Part shown: positions 39,151-52,659 of the stretch, piece by piece
Layout: every line of letters starts with the position of its first letter
How positions within the stretch are numbered: the first letter of the stretch is position 1
NCBI RefSeq assembly: GCF_009834535.1
Contig: NC_045698.1
Span: 15,502,001-15,566,000, forward strand
Reading direction: 5' to 3'
Length of the DNA: 64,000 bases
DNA from: Camelus ferus
Taxonomy: Eukaryota
Translations under genes and position numbers: made by a program
The notes under the pieces: model-generated
Told to the model about the DNA's origin: nothing
What the model saw: only the letters and a program-made list of their open reading frames with translations
Databases searched by the model: none

Positions 39151-42100
39151 CTGATTCTGAGAAAAACCTTGAGCTCTTCATTAAAATCAGAACTTAAATT
39201 CTAGTAAACAGAAATGTCAAATCACTGTAAATCCTATTAAAAATAAAACCATTCTCTGGCTTTTAATTAGAGATCATATTCAATGTTTATTTTTAAATAC
39301 TTACTAGAATTCCTGTAATTATTGATCACTAGTTGACTTTTGCCCAAGGTTTGGTTAGATTGTTAGAAGAGGGACTGTTAGATGAAAAATGACGCTACAA
39401 TATTATTGCTAAAATTTGTTAAAAAGCTATATAAGGTGTGTTAGAAGATACAGAAAAGGGTTAAACATGATTGAAGCCATCCAGAGCTTGTGCTCTTGTT
39501 GAAGAGGTTCCTTAAGAAAAGTAATAAAACATAATTTAAAAATACAAACCAAAGATGCATAAAATTTTATTCAAACTACATGGATAACATTCACCTACAT
39601 GTGTATTTCTTGAGACAAAGCATGTCAGTCTTTGTTCTTTTGATTATAATCACTCCTCAGTTAGAAAAATGGAAGTAAAATTATTTTATATAAAACGCTA
39701 TGTAACTATTCAAATATTAATTCTAATGTGCAGCACACTCAGGCTTTATTTTATTTTCAAGCTTAAGTCAACCTCAAAAAAATCTTTGCATTTCAATTTT
39801 TAATCTGGAAAAGTTGCTAACTTCTGTGACTATTAAATTTGTTTAGAATATAATCATTATGTTATGGGGGTTGAACTATTTTAAATATTCTGATCGCAAA
39901 ATCCATTGCCTAACAAAACTCTGAGACTTACAAAAAGAAATTAGTTTGGGCGGTTTTTGTACAGTTCTTATCATAAAAGCCAGAGGACATCAAGAGGGAC
40001 AGAGACTATTTCCAAAATTATATTAAAAAGAAAACTATCAGCTGTTGGATATTCCAAGAGAAAATTAAGAATCAAGCCATGTCATTTTGAGATGGTCAGT
40101 TCTGACACTTTTTGATCCTGGTAAATTGTAGGCAAGGTAAATGTGATATTTAAAACCAAGGACAAGGTGTGCTTTTTGAGTGAAAACGAAATGAGACACA
40201 GAAAGGAAATGGATTGGAAACTTGTTAAGCAGCCTCATTTTTTCCCTAGGGATTTATATAATGCCTAATCCTGCCCATCGCTCTGCATTCAGTCAGGTCA
40301 GGTCAACAAACACTTACACACCAGGACTCTAAATGGAACTCCTGCTTTCTCAGAGTTTTGAGAGAAGTCCCATTGCTAAGAATAAAAGATGTCAATTTCT
40401 TCACTTTTGTAAGATCTGCAGCCTGTCCATGGATGGTGGGCCCAGACGGTGCCTCTAGTCTGCCAGTCTGCCTCCAGTGGACCATCAGCCACTCCCAAGG
40501 TTATCTAAAGACAAAGCATTTGGGGGGGGTGGTGACAGTAGAAAGTATATCTTAAGTGCAGCTTTGTCAGCCTTTAGTAGAACCACTAAAGATTCTCAGG
40601 CCGTACCTGAAACATCACATTCCAGGCTCTGGGGATGGAACACAGGCACCGGCAGAGCTTCAGGCTCCCAGGTGACTGCAGTGTGCATCCAGGCTGGAGA
40701 CAGTCCTCTCGGGGTTCCAGCTTTTCTCCTCTCCCCATGGTGCTCAAACCAAGGGGAGGGCCGTGAAAAGCTTGGGAAGTCTTCACTAGTGTCCTGGGGA
40801 CCTCGGGGTTCAGAGGGATCTCCTGACTCCTACCTGAAAAATGTTAAAGGATGGAGGACCAGAAAAGAAGCCTTGTGTGAGCGGGAGAGAATGAGAGCCC
40901 CGAGAACTGTAGTGGAGGAGGCTGCGTCGCAGGGGCCAGCGGTAGGTGTTCTGAAATAGAGCTATTCTTGGGAGGTTTCGAAAGGCATTTCATTTAAAAA
41001 CAATGTCTAAAGACAGTGAGAACCCCAAAGAGCGAGACTGTGTCAGTGAAACCAGTAAAAGCAAATGCTAGCAAAATGAAGAATGGCCAGAGAGCAGAGT
41101 CTTTGTCCCCAGGGTGGTACTTCTCAGCAAGCAGAGAAGTGCTTCACAAATTAGAAGCGTCCCTTGAACTTTGAGTCAGCCATACCCAGAGGGCATCAGT
41201 CAAGAGGACAGTTATGCTCTTCTGTAAAGCTCTGCCTTTTTCCTTCAATTCAGCCCTTCATCCAAGCCCAGCTTCAGAGGGGCCAGTTATCATCTCAAGT
41301 GCTTCTCTCGCATTCAGTTACTAGGGAGGAAGACGGCTCTTAAGTGGGGCAAGGAAGAGGGAAGAAACTAATGACATTCTTCCCCAAAGCTGCCTTCCCA
41401 TCAGGTCTGAGCTGAGAGCAAAGGGAAGATCTGAATCCAATGAAAATGGTGTTTGACAACTGGAATATCTGGAAAAACCATAAACAGGACCCATGTGAGA
41501 TTCAAGTTTAAATCCAGAGGCAAGGATATTTCCGTGGAGATTGTCGGAAGATGGTGGAGCAGAGAAAATAAACCTGCTCTATAATTGTGATCTTCCTGAG
41601 TCCAGCTCATTCAATAAACATGTAACTTATTCGAAGTCCCTCATTACCAGACACTGTGCTAAGTATACGGGAGGCAAAGATAATTACATGTATGTGGGTG
41701 TACACTTTGTGGAGCACACAACATTGAATTTCTAGGAGACAGAACACTTCCATAATCACCCCTGTTATTACTCATGTGTTATTATTATATTAGATATAAC
41801 AGTATTATCTGCCTTCGACCCAGTATCACCCATACCTGGCACTCATAGATGTTCAAAAATATTTATCGAATACATAGGTGAATAAAGAAATATGCAAATA
41901 TGAATTAGGGTTATAGTCATTGGTACTGTGGAGACTTTTTTTTATTATGAAGTAGTAAAGCATATACTGTATAGTTTAAATTTATATATTTTTACTAATT
42001 AAAAAACCAAAGTCTTGCTTTCTTCTCCCCTCACCCCCCAATCCTAGTCCCTTATTTTTGTTTTTCTCTTAATCTATGTTGCTCACTTTTTTATACCCTT

Positions 42101-43166
42101 AAACACACACAAATACACACACACACGGTTACAAATGGAAGTAAAATTAAAATGTAGAAGAACTGAAAAACTCATTTATGGCCCCCCTGAAAGAATTCTT
42201 ACTGAGAAAAGGGGTGGGAGGGTAGGACGTACTTGTCTTTCCTGCCCTTAATGTTTCTTTTTGCATTATCCTGGTTCCGTACTCCACACTAACTCAGTCC
42301 TCCAGCCCAAGTAAGGGCAATGCATTTCCTGCTCCTCCAGCTGGTCTGCCTCGTGCTCCAGGGAGGAAGGACGAGGGCTGGGTTGTGCCCCAGCCCACCA
42401 CTGCTGATGACTAAATCCGTCTAAACCTGGGGTTTCATATTTAAAAACCTCCCTCTCTGTAGATTACAACATACACTCTCCAATACCAATCTTGTAAGAA
42501 ATGGATGTGGTCTTTGGGTCTCCAAATGCTTCCCTCCTGTGACCATTATCAACTCTCTCAAAACTCAGGTCAGGAGAAGGCTTATTTATTGTGTCCTTTC
42601 CAAAAATCCCAATGATAATCTTTGCCTTCTTCCTCACACAATTGGTCAGATCTTGGCAGTTTAATTCCTGAATTTGCTTCCCCCGCCCCCATATTTACCT
42701 TCTTCTCTGTATACCACTACAACCATTAATTGCTATCCTGTCAAACATCTCTCACTCAGAGTGTAAAGGTAACCCCTGACCCCAATCCCTACTGATTCCT
42801 AGTTGTTTTGTTCTATGTGTTAAAACAGTAAAATCAAATTTCTTTTTCCAAAAGAGACATCTAGTTATGTTACTGTCTTTGCTGAAAACCTCTTGTGACT
42901 ACTGGTTGTTTTCAGGAAAATTGTCTTTCCAGAGCCTTCCCAGGCTGAATTAACCTGCCTTTCCAGGATTCGGTCCTGGTTCACCTACACACATCCTCTC
43001 TGCCCTGGTCCACCCAGGCTTAACAAGGCACAATCTGTGCTGCCTTCTTGCTTATATGTTCTCTGCATTTTTCAGCCTTTATAGCACTGATCATACAGTT
43101 CAACTATTTCTTACTCTTTAAACAAGTCTCCACTCTCATCTGCCCATCTGACTTGGAATTAGTCCA

Positions 43167-43575
43167 TGTGATGATTAATTTTCCATCTGAACTTGGCGAG
43201 GTACCTGGTTATTTAATCAAACACTAACATAGGTGTGGCTATTAAGATATGTTGTAGATGTGGTTAATATCATCAATCAGTTCCCTTTAAGTAAAGGAGA
43301 TCTTCCTCGATTGTGTGAGTGCACCTCATCCAATCAATTCAAGGCCATAAGACAAAAATTGAGGTCTACTGGTGAAGAAGAAATTCTGTCTCAAAATTGC
43401 CACATTAACTTCTGCCTGCTGACTTACCCTATGGATTTCAAACTTGACCCCCACAATCACATGAGCCAATTCTGTAAAAGAAGTCTCTCAGTAAATGGAT
43501 CAATAGGTCGATAGATAAAAGTTCTCATACGTAAATGAAACACAGGGCACATATATCCCATTGGTGTATTTCTAT
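43167..43575 (+). mobile_element. MLT2 (MLT2D-like) ERVL LTR
   Basis: tgtgatgattaatttt...tttaagtaaaggagat...cctcatccaatca...gaagaagaaattctg...ccccacaatcacatgagccaattc...cccattgg. Confidence 0.85.
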
Positions 43576-46500
43576 AATTGCCTCTCCTTCTGTGTTCCTG
43601 TACGATATTGCCTGTCCCTCAATTCCATCACTCATTATTCCTGTCTGAATTTTGTCAGTCTCATGTTTTAGACTTTATTAGAGATGGACTATTTGATACC
43701 TTTTCATAGGATATTGATCTAGAAGTTGTACAATAAACACTCCATCAAAAAGAAGAGCAAAGTATTAGTGATTTCTTGTTAGTTTCTTCACATCAGAAGC
43801 CCCCTTCACTGTGGACGGTTTATCAAGAAGAACTGATAGTGTATGCTACTTCACAAGACTGAGACTGGGAGGAAAAATGACCTTGTGTCTACTGAGACTT
43901 ACTATGTGTGACATACAACTTGTTCCCATTCTGACAAATTACCAAATACCAAGAAACTACAGTTTCAAAGTATGGAAACAGTGTCACGTGTCTCCTAGTG
44001 ACTGTGTGTAAAATAGTTTATATATAAATGTGAGTAATGTTAGTAGATTTCAATTGATTTTTAAAATAGGCTATCTTAAGAGAAGTGGGATTTTCAGTGC
44101 ATGGTTTGATTCTGAACAATTTTGGAAAAATTTACTGAAGCAAAAGTAGTGAATGGTGACTCCAAGCAGAGTTTTCAGTTTCACATACTATGTGAACATC
44201 TCACTGTTCTCTTTCCTAGAAGAATTATATATATCATTCCTCTGACATTCCCTACAAATTCAAAGGAGAAATTAGATGAATGTTTACCTGCAAAAAGATT
44301 ACATTTAATAATTAGAATGGTTTCATGTATGTATTCATTTCTATTTTCATACAATTTTCAATATTCCATAAATCTCATATTTTTATTTTCTCTTTACTTT
44401 ATGGTTCTTTTCTTAGTCATCACATAAGCAGGAGAATCTATAGAAGTTTGAATGCCCTTGAAACACAGAGGATAATATCTAAGCTTGATTTTAATATTAA
44501 GTTTCTGATTTATTTGAAAATTATCTCAGACTTTTGGAAAGAATCTTAAGGCTCATTCCAACTTGGTTAGAAAGATAAAGCTATTAAAAGTGGTTTTGCT
44601 AAGAGATTGCACTTAGTTTTTCCAAATTACTAAAGAAAGAAAGATAGATTATATACAGTTTCAATTTTTCTTCTGCAAAAAGTAATTTATACACGCAAAA
44701 CTCATTTGTTCTTCTTGAAATACTTATATGATTTTTCTTAAAGAAATACGTATATAATGGTTTTTAGAACGCCTTAAAAATATCATTAAGATTAAAAAAG
44801 AGAAATTGGACATTAAAACAATATTTAATAGAATTGCACTCAGTATTTTTTTATTGTTACTTTCTGAACTTACCTCTAAGTTATTTTTAATATATTTATC
44901 ACAGGAAGGAAAAAGGAAAGTAAACAGGTGGGTGAATGTAAAGCTAGACTTACGTCTTTAGACTTTGTTGCTGTTGTTGAAATATAATGCTTGAGGGACT
45001 TAAGAAAGATGGTGATTGTACTTTAAAAACATGATCCATATTCTATAATATTTTATCTGTATGTTACATGCTGAAAGATTTATTACAGTTCTTGATGTGA
45101 CCCCAATATTTTAAATCTTCAGTGACTGAAACAAATAAACCAAAAAATAATGAATAAAACTTTTCAAAGCCATTGTAACAACAACTCACTTTTCAAGCAT
45201 AATGAAAAAAGGGAAGGGCTTGTTAATGTTCTGCATTGCTGTGTCTGGAGATTAGTTTTAGAAAGAAAGAGACAATCATATTTCAAATTTCAGCATTTAA
45301 TGAGAAAGAGATAGCTTGTATGAGTATTTCTGTTTGATTTTTAATTTTACTATGTATTCTGTGGCAGAGTCTCATTGATCACAGTGATACTTTCATTATT
45401 GTTACATGAATCAGTGCAGTGATCTTCACATAATGATCTTCTCATTAGAAAAGTAGATTGTTTCCTTTTTCACTATTAAAGCAAGGAAATACACAACAGA
45501 ATGTGCTTTGGCTAACGTGTTATTTGTAAGCTACTCCAGCTCTGAAATGGACTTCATGTAAAAATTTTTAATTGATCTTTCTTTGATTTCAAGATGCGTC
45601 TGTTCAATTCTTACAGCTTCCTAGAGTTCTGACCGATGGTTACTTTTATACCTGTAAGTTGAAATTTCTTTCAGTGCTAGACACTGAGTAATAATGATTA
45701 AATATCTTCACTTTTGTATGTAATGAACCTACGAAGTCTACTTTTCGAGGTAAAGATTAGACTTTGGAATAGGTGAAATAGATTACTGAATAACCTTTCA
45801 ATGAATTACTGGAGTCTTCATAGTTATATGATCTTATGGGGTGAAGACATTGTCTTTGACTAGGCTATTTAACAACTCCGAAGAAACAAAAGTTAATTTA
45901 GAGAAAACAGACATTAATGCAAATATTTCTTGTCCATAAAAATGCAAATTACTTATGACTGCTGGAATGCAATTGATTATTGCTTCATGGATAAACCAGA
46001 TTTTTAAATTCAACATTACTTTTCTTCATATAAATTTCTGCTTCTTTGATATCTCCTTCATATCAGTTGTAACATCTTACTGGTTATCTCTTCAATAATG
46101 AGACTAAATACAATCTTTAACACTTGTTCATTTTAGCTCTGCATGAAAGTCATAAATTTGTTTTTTATTAAAAATCTTCCTTTGATATCATTAAGGTATA
46201 TTTTCATGTACAGTATAAAAATATACAGATATACAATGTTCATTAAAGGAGATCTTCAAATGTTTTATTTTCCTTTAAAATACACGTAAAATTACTATTT
46301 AGAAAACTCTTATTTCACTATTAATCACTACACACTGAAAAACTTTATTTTGTTTCAGTTTCCTATGTGCATTTAAATGTGTGTTAGGATTAAAGTAATT
46401 TTAATTTCTTATTAAGATATTATCTATAATAAATTTATTATACTATCCAAATACTATGATGTTTATTTTATTCCAAAGCATAGCTTGTGTCTAAAAATCC

Positions 46501-47425
46501 ATTTTTTAAAAAAATATTTGAAAATATTTTTGTATAAATTATAACATCGTATCATCACTTACTTTAATTTAGATGAGAATTATATGATTACCCCAATTAG
46601 ATATTTTTAATAAATTAAATTTTGGTTATTTTCTCATCAGTTATCATATAGCCTACATAATTCTCAGTTTTACAAAGTCCTATTGACAGAGATACATCTA
46701 AGTTAGATGGTTGAAAAATAAAATTTGTTGACGTCAGCCTACCAGTTATGCGATAGTGCATTACTTGTTTGCTCTTTTTAAATTTCAGAGCTCAATAAAA
46801 TACCTTTAAGTCAATATGATAATTACTACAGAGACATGGATTGGTAACAACTGCATTAAAACAAATTTTGAGTTACAAAGTTTTATTCTATTGAAAAAAT
46901 GAAATTCAAACTATTTACAAATAAATATATATATATATATATATTGTCACCGGGTCAAAGCTTCTTTCAAATGTAGGGCTGATTCTATTTTAAGTGGGCT
47001 TCATTTTCACATAGCAATGTTTGACACAGCTGGGCTATTTTTCCACATTCAGTTTTCCCTTGCCGTGGCACATGCTGAAATGTTTGATCACATTTACGTA
47101 GAAAATGTATTGGTTTACAAAATATTACTTGCCAAACAGAAAGATTCAAGTGGAATTTTACTTATCAAACTCACAAATTCAAAGTTTGGTCGTAAGCTTT
47201 TTCTTTATTTATTTTGCAGGTTTGACTTTTTTTAATGTCTTTTATTTCACACAGAAACAAACATGATAAGAATGTTTCAATTCCATTTAAGATGTGCCAT
47301 TCTCTCATAGGCTGCCTGTTTCCCCTCTTCTTCATTCATGCAAATTTTTCTTAGCTTCTGTTAGCAAAATTCTCAGGTTTGTATAACTGATCCTCAAATT
47401 TCCACGCGCCCTCAACCTTAGCAAT

Positions 47426-47460
47426 TTGCAGTATTCATTTTCACCACTAGATGTCACTAC
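47426..47460 (+). promoter_or_regulatory. Putative CTCF binding site (core plus upstream module)
   Basis: Core CCACTAGATGTCACTA starts at 47444. TGCAGT starts at 47427, 17 nt before the core. Confidence 0.65.
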
Positions 47461-47934
47461 ACTCTTCGCAAAAGCTACTGTAGATGGCCATGGAGAAACA
47501 GACCGACAAATGTATTAAATCTAAAAGTCAATACTATCTGTAAGGAATCATTTGGATGCATAAAAAAATTACTTAATACTATACTTACTATTTGAATATT
47601 ATTATAACCCAGTCACATGAGGATCAAGCATTGACTAACATTCTCATTTTCAGAGTTATTGTTTTAATATTAGGGCGTCTGAGTGACTTCTCTTCAAATA
47701 TTTAAGAAAAGAAAGATTTCTATATAGACCACATATTGATGTTCCCAATGATAATATTAGGACCAATATCTTCATACCCATTTTGTAAGAAGTAAATGAG
47801 GAAATATTGAGCATGTTTATTCATTTTGCTGATTTTCATTTCCCTTTTGGTAATATCATGATATATTATTTAAAACATTTATTTGTAGATATACATAACA
47901 TACATTGATTGTAAAAAAGTTTGGAATGTTGTAT

Positions 47935-48080
47935 AAGACATTCATTCATTCACTCATTCGTCCATTCATTCAACAATTATTTACTGAGACCGACATTGGT
48001 CCAAATGTTGTTTTGAGTAAAATGAATAATGCAAAATCAGACAAATAGCCCAGCTTTGGTGGAATGTAGATGCTCATTAA
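47935..48080 (-). mobile_element. L2 LINE 3' end
   Basis: (attc)n cattcaacaattatttactgag. Confidence 0.65.
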
Positions 48081-48835
48081 TTACAACAAATAGAAAGATT
48101 TGGATTGAAAAAGAGCAGCTTGCCTCTGAAATCAGATATTTTAATTCCATCAGAAGATTTTTGAAGTTTGGAAAGAACATGTGTTACTTTTAGAAACTCT
48201 GGAACTATGTATCAACAGTCCTCCAAGTCGAGGTAGCCTTTTTGTGACTTGGCACAAGAAGCCACCCAGAGAAACAGTGTGGCATTTTAAGATGATATAG
48301 ACACGAGTTTGGAGTTGTATGTGGAGTATATTCACTCCTGGAAGTTTATTTCATTCCTGTGAGCCTCCAATAATCCAAAAGCACATAGGAAATGAGCTGG
48401 ATAAAACAAGAGTAGTGAGGCAAAGAAAGGGGATCATGAACGTTGAGGTAGTCCAATTTGCTTCAGCAACGGAAAACCTCCGCTGCAGCAGATGCTTGCA
48501 AATTACAGATTTCCCCTAATTCCGCATCTGCTGCTCGCATTTTAGGATGCAGTTACATATAGAAAAACCTTTTCCTCTAATGCACTGGAATTGTCATCTC
48601 TCTTCTATGTCTGTCCTTGAGGGACATAAGGCTGATCAACAGAATTGTTGAGGACTTTTTATTCTTGGGAAATGTGAGGAATAAGAAAAGAAATGTGAGG
48701 AGGTACAAGGCACAATACTCCACGTTTTGGAAGTACGGAATTACATAGCTTTGAGTGCTCCTACCCCAAATTCTCTTAGAAATCCTAAAATCATAAAAAA
48801 AGATAAATTTATATAAGATGAGCATTATTCATATA

Positions 48836-49313
48836 CAGATCTTCCTCAACTCACAATGAGGTTATGTCCTCAAAACTCCATTTAACGTACCAAACCTGCT
48901 GAACATCATAGCTTAGCCTCGCCTACCTTAAACGTGCTCGGAGAACTTACATCAGCCTGCAGTTGGGCAAAATCACCTAGCACAAGCTTGTTTTAAAAAG
49001 ACAGTGCTGAATATCTCATATAAATGGTTGAACTGCACTGAAAGTGAAAAGCAGAATGACTGGGTATGGTTGGAGTAGGTGTATGGTTGTTGACCTCATG
49101 ATCGCGGGGCTGACTGGGAACCGCCCCTGTCCAGCCAACAAGACAAAGTATCTTACTACCTGTCTTCAGCCCAGGAAAAGATCAAAACTCAAACTTCAAA
49201 GGACAGTTTCTACTGAATGAGTATCACTTTTGCTACATCAGAAAGTAAAAACAAACAACCAACCACAACAAAAAACCCTGTAAGGTTAACCGTTGTACGT
49301 TGGGGAGCATCTG
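48836..49313 (+). mobile_element. MER47/Tigger5-type TcMar DNA transposon with both TIRs
   Basis: Left TIR cagatcttcctcaactcacaatg follows TA. Right TIR is cgttgtacgttggggagcatctg. Body aacatcatagcttagcct..cctaccttaaacgtgctc...gttgggcaaaatca is diagnostic. Confidence 0.9.
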
Positions 49314-50829
49314 CACTGTCATAATGTCAAGATAAGTTTAGCCAGGATGATCCTGTATCTCTTCCATCTAGTTCCGAAACTAATCTGTTTACTTTATTCC
49401 TACAGGAAGGTGGTTGTGCTCTTTTTGAAGTTAACTTAGTGCCCTTAAAGCAATTTTCTTCTCTGTCTTCCTTTATTTGCTACTGAGGGACTCTGTTCTT
49501 TCCAACCCAAACTGTATGGGGCCAGAAGCAAGTCTTAGAGACCATCATCACCATCTCATCTGTGATGTTCCTCTTTGAATTAGTTTAAGCAGCCTCTGTG
49601 AGTCACAGCAGAGTTTGCTGTGGTCAGTCCAGTCACCTGATTGGAAAAAAAAAAAAGACAATCCTTTCTGCTCTCTCATACTTCCAGGACGACACTTCCT
49701 TTTTCTCTTAGCCCTATTATTTGTGCATTTGGTTGACTTCGAAATGAACAAAATCCAATCTCAGATACTTTGGGGGCATCAAGGAGAGACAAGGAAGACC
49801 AAAGATTTTCCCAGTGTCAAAACTGCCGGCTTTCCATTTTCTTGCTATTTGCTAATTTTAAAATGCTCACTTATCTGCCTTTCCTCAGACTATCGAACTC
49901 ATTGGCAAAGTCTCAAACTGCTTCTAAACTGGAAGAGGAAAATGGAACAGGAAAAATGAGAAATCTTGTTCAGAATATTTTCTAAAGGTGAGCCTTGCCT
50001 CTCAGAGTACAATTTCTTTTCCGAAGTGCTGAATTATGGGCCATCAAATCTATATTTGCTCACCAAGAAGACTATTAAAATACAGATGAATGGACTTATC
50101 TCTAAACTTTCTTATAATAGAGAGTTCTTAATAATGTCCAAGTTTCAATTCTCTTGTGCAGAAACTTTTCAGGTAAAGGGAGAAGATAAGGTGATATCAG
50201 GCAACGTATTTCAGATTGAATGCCATCACCTGCAAGACTCATTCAGCTTTAAATAGGTGGATAGAGATACTGCTTTACCAGAGGGGGAAGAAAAAGTGTA
50301 TAAATGCTTTTTCTATATCCTGTCTTCAAATGCTGAAAAACTACTTCCTGTCCACTCTACCTTCATCTTTCTTTTTCTTTTAAATCCACTTCCAGAAAAC
50401 ATAAAGGGACGGGAAATATTGTTTATAGCCTCCTATCAAAACACGTTTATAGCATATCTTCTCTACCAATTCAAATCTATTAATTAAGTACCCCTCTAAC
50501 ATATTGCCTAATTCAAAATTCTCCCTTCCCCTCTGCTGCATCTAAGTTATGTCCTGATTAGCAAGTGAGAGAATCTGGAAGAGACACTCCAAGTAGTCTA
50601 ATTCAAACAGCATCTCAAATTTCTGTCCAAGCCAAGAATACTTTGCTTACGATTTTTGAGGAAAAGTCTGTAGCATATGCATGAACACATGAACAAGCTT
50701 CTGTCTCTCTCCATAGACTGACAGATATAGATAAAAATATACATGTATGTAGACACATCACCAGTATGTAATTCACTTTTATTAAACCCTTCTCAGTGTT
50801 AGTTATTAATTACACTGAACTGAGACATG

Positions 50830-51060
50830 GCCCCACCTTACAACCCCACCCTCACCCCATCTCAGCCTCTCTTTACTCTTAGAAACAGCTTCCTCCTAGT
50901 AGGCCTTCGCTTGTCTCCTAGAGCAGAACTGAACTGTCAGAGTCTTCCTTCCAGCTCTTCAAATACCTGGAGACGGCTTCAACATTTCCTTACGCTCCCC
51001 ATGTCCTCTATTAGCTGGACTATTTCTAGTTTCTTTAATGATCCTGTTTGGAATACGTAG
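50830..51060 (-). mobile_element. CR1/L3 LINE fragment
   Basis: cagctcttcaaatacctggagacggct...tttctagtttctttaa. Confidence 0.55.
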
Positions 51061-51427
51061 CAATCCCTCTAGAATAGCCAGACCTATAAATCTTTTGCTT
51101 CTTAATACTTGATAATTTTATTATTACTTTGTTTCCATAAGTTAGGGATGCTGCTTCAAAGAGAGATCCTGGAAGTCATGGGGATTTTGGTATATTTTTA
51201 GCCATCACAATGTTTCTTATTTTCCATGAAACCATTTATCACAGTCTTAGGTAGGATTTTAGATCAGTATTTTTTTTTAACATCATTGACATGGGTGAGT
51301 CAACGTCTCTCTTCCACAGAATTAAAGACTTGTGGCTGATTGTGGGAAATGCAGGTATGCTGCCAACAGTTGTGAGCTAGTGGATGTGTGCTGTGTTCAT
51401 AGTGGAGAAAGTTAAGAGCTTTGGGGT

Positions 51428-51625
51428 TACTATATACAAAATAGATAAACAGCAAAGATTTACTGTGCAGCACAGGGAACTATATTCAATATCTTATAAT
51501 AACCTATAATGAAAAAGAGTATAAAAATATATGTTTATATAAATACACTTATATGTATAACTGAATCACTTTTCTGTACACCTGAAACATTGTAAATCAA
51601 CTATTCTTCAATAAAAGAAAGAAAG
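51428..51625 (+). mobile_element. Short L1 3' UTR fragment, same family type as 31817-32460
   Basis: aaaatagataaacagcaaag...cagcacagggaactatattcaatatctt...aactgaatcact...attgtaaatcaactat, followed by an A/GA tail. Confidence 0.88.
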
Positions 51626-51959
51626 AAGGGGGTGGGGTGGAAGAAAGAAAAGGAAAGGACAGGAAGCACCCCAGGCTGTACCATCCTGATCAAATAATAA
51701 GAAAACTCTTCATGTTAAGGCTCAGAATTAGAGACTCAGATAAGAATGAAGCAAGGAGAACTCTGCATCCCCAGAGGACGGTTAGCTCCCTCTCTCCTTC
51801 CTCTCTGTGCTAACTTACTCTTCCTATTTAAAGCAGTCAGCACTCAGACTGCAAGAACTCCACAAACAGTGTTGCTCATTCAAGCTTTCAAATAGGAAAC
51901 TAAAACCACTACCATCACCAGGTGCTTTTCTCCTGTGAACTGGGGGAGCAACAGTAAGG

Positions 51960-52659
51960 CTGTAAACAGCAATGAAAACGGGACGCCGTGTTCAGTTGCT
52001 GGCTGTCCGTTGCTGCTTGTGACACTTTCTAGTTTCTACCAGTACGTCTCAAACCTTCAATGGTAGGAATGACTTTCAGTGTTTAACTTGGCCCACTGCT
52101 GTTCTTCCCCTGTATTCTCTCTCTTATGGCTTACTTCTCAAAGATGGAAGATAGCTCCTTTAAGTCATGTTAGTATTGGACAATGCCAGGACTTCATAGC
52201 TTTCTTTAATGTGACAAGTTTGAGGCTGACGCTGAATGAGTGAGAGGCAAACTTACAAACTGGCTTCCCTGCCGGTGTGCTCTCTCCTCCCCAGACATTC
52301 TTCACCAAGAATAGATTTAACCCAGAGGCTGTGCCCCTGGAAGGAGGTAATGGGCCAATAATCTCAGAAGAATAGACAGACCCTCCGGAGTTCCTCCATG
52401 ACAACCAGGAAATTCATCGAGGGTAAGAGGAATGCAGCACCCTGTAAAATGCCCTGATTGCTATCACCTTTAGTGTTCCAGCCAGTTTTTCTATAAAACC
52501 TCAAGACTCCAACCCCAAGACGGTCTCTAAGGCATCAGCTTCCTTTGACTCCCCCTTGCCTGGCATAGCAACAAAGCTGTCTTTTTCTGAATTTCCCAAA
52601 ATTCTGCCTCTGAGTTTCAATCCGGTTTTCAGGGTACAGTGGCCAGTTCTGCAGCAACA
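51960..52659 (+). mobile_element. ERV1-like solo LTR (5' boundary uncertain, ~51960-52168)
   Basis: TATAAAA at 52492-52498, a degenerate polyA signal AACAAA at 52570-52575, and U5-like cccaaaattctgcctctgag...gtacagtggccag...gcaaCA ending at 52659. Confidence 0.7.
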
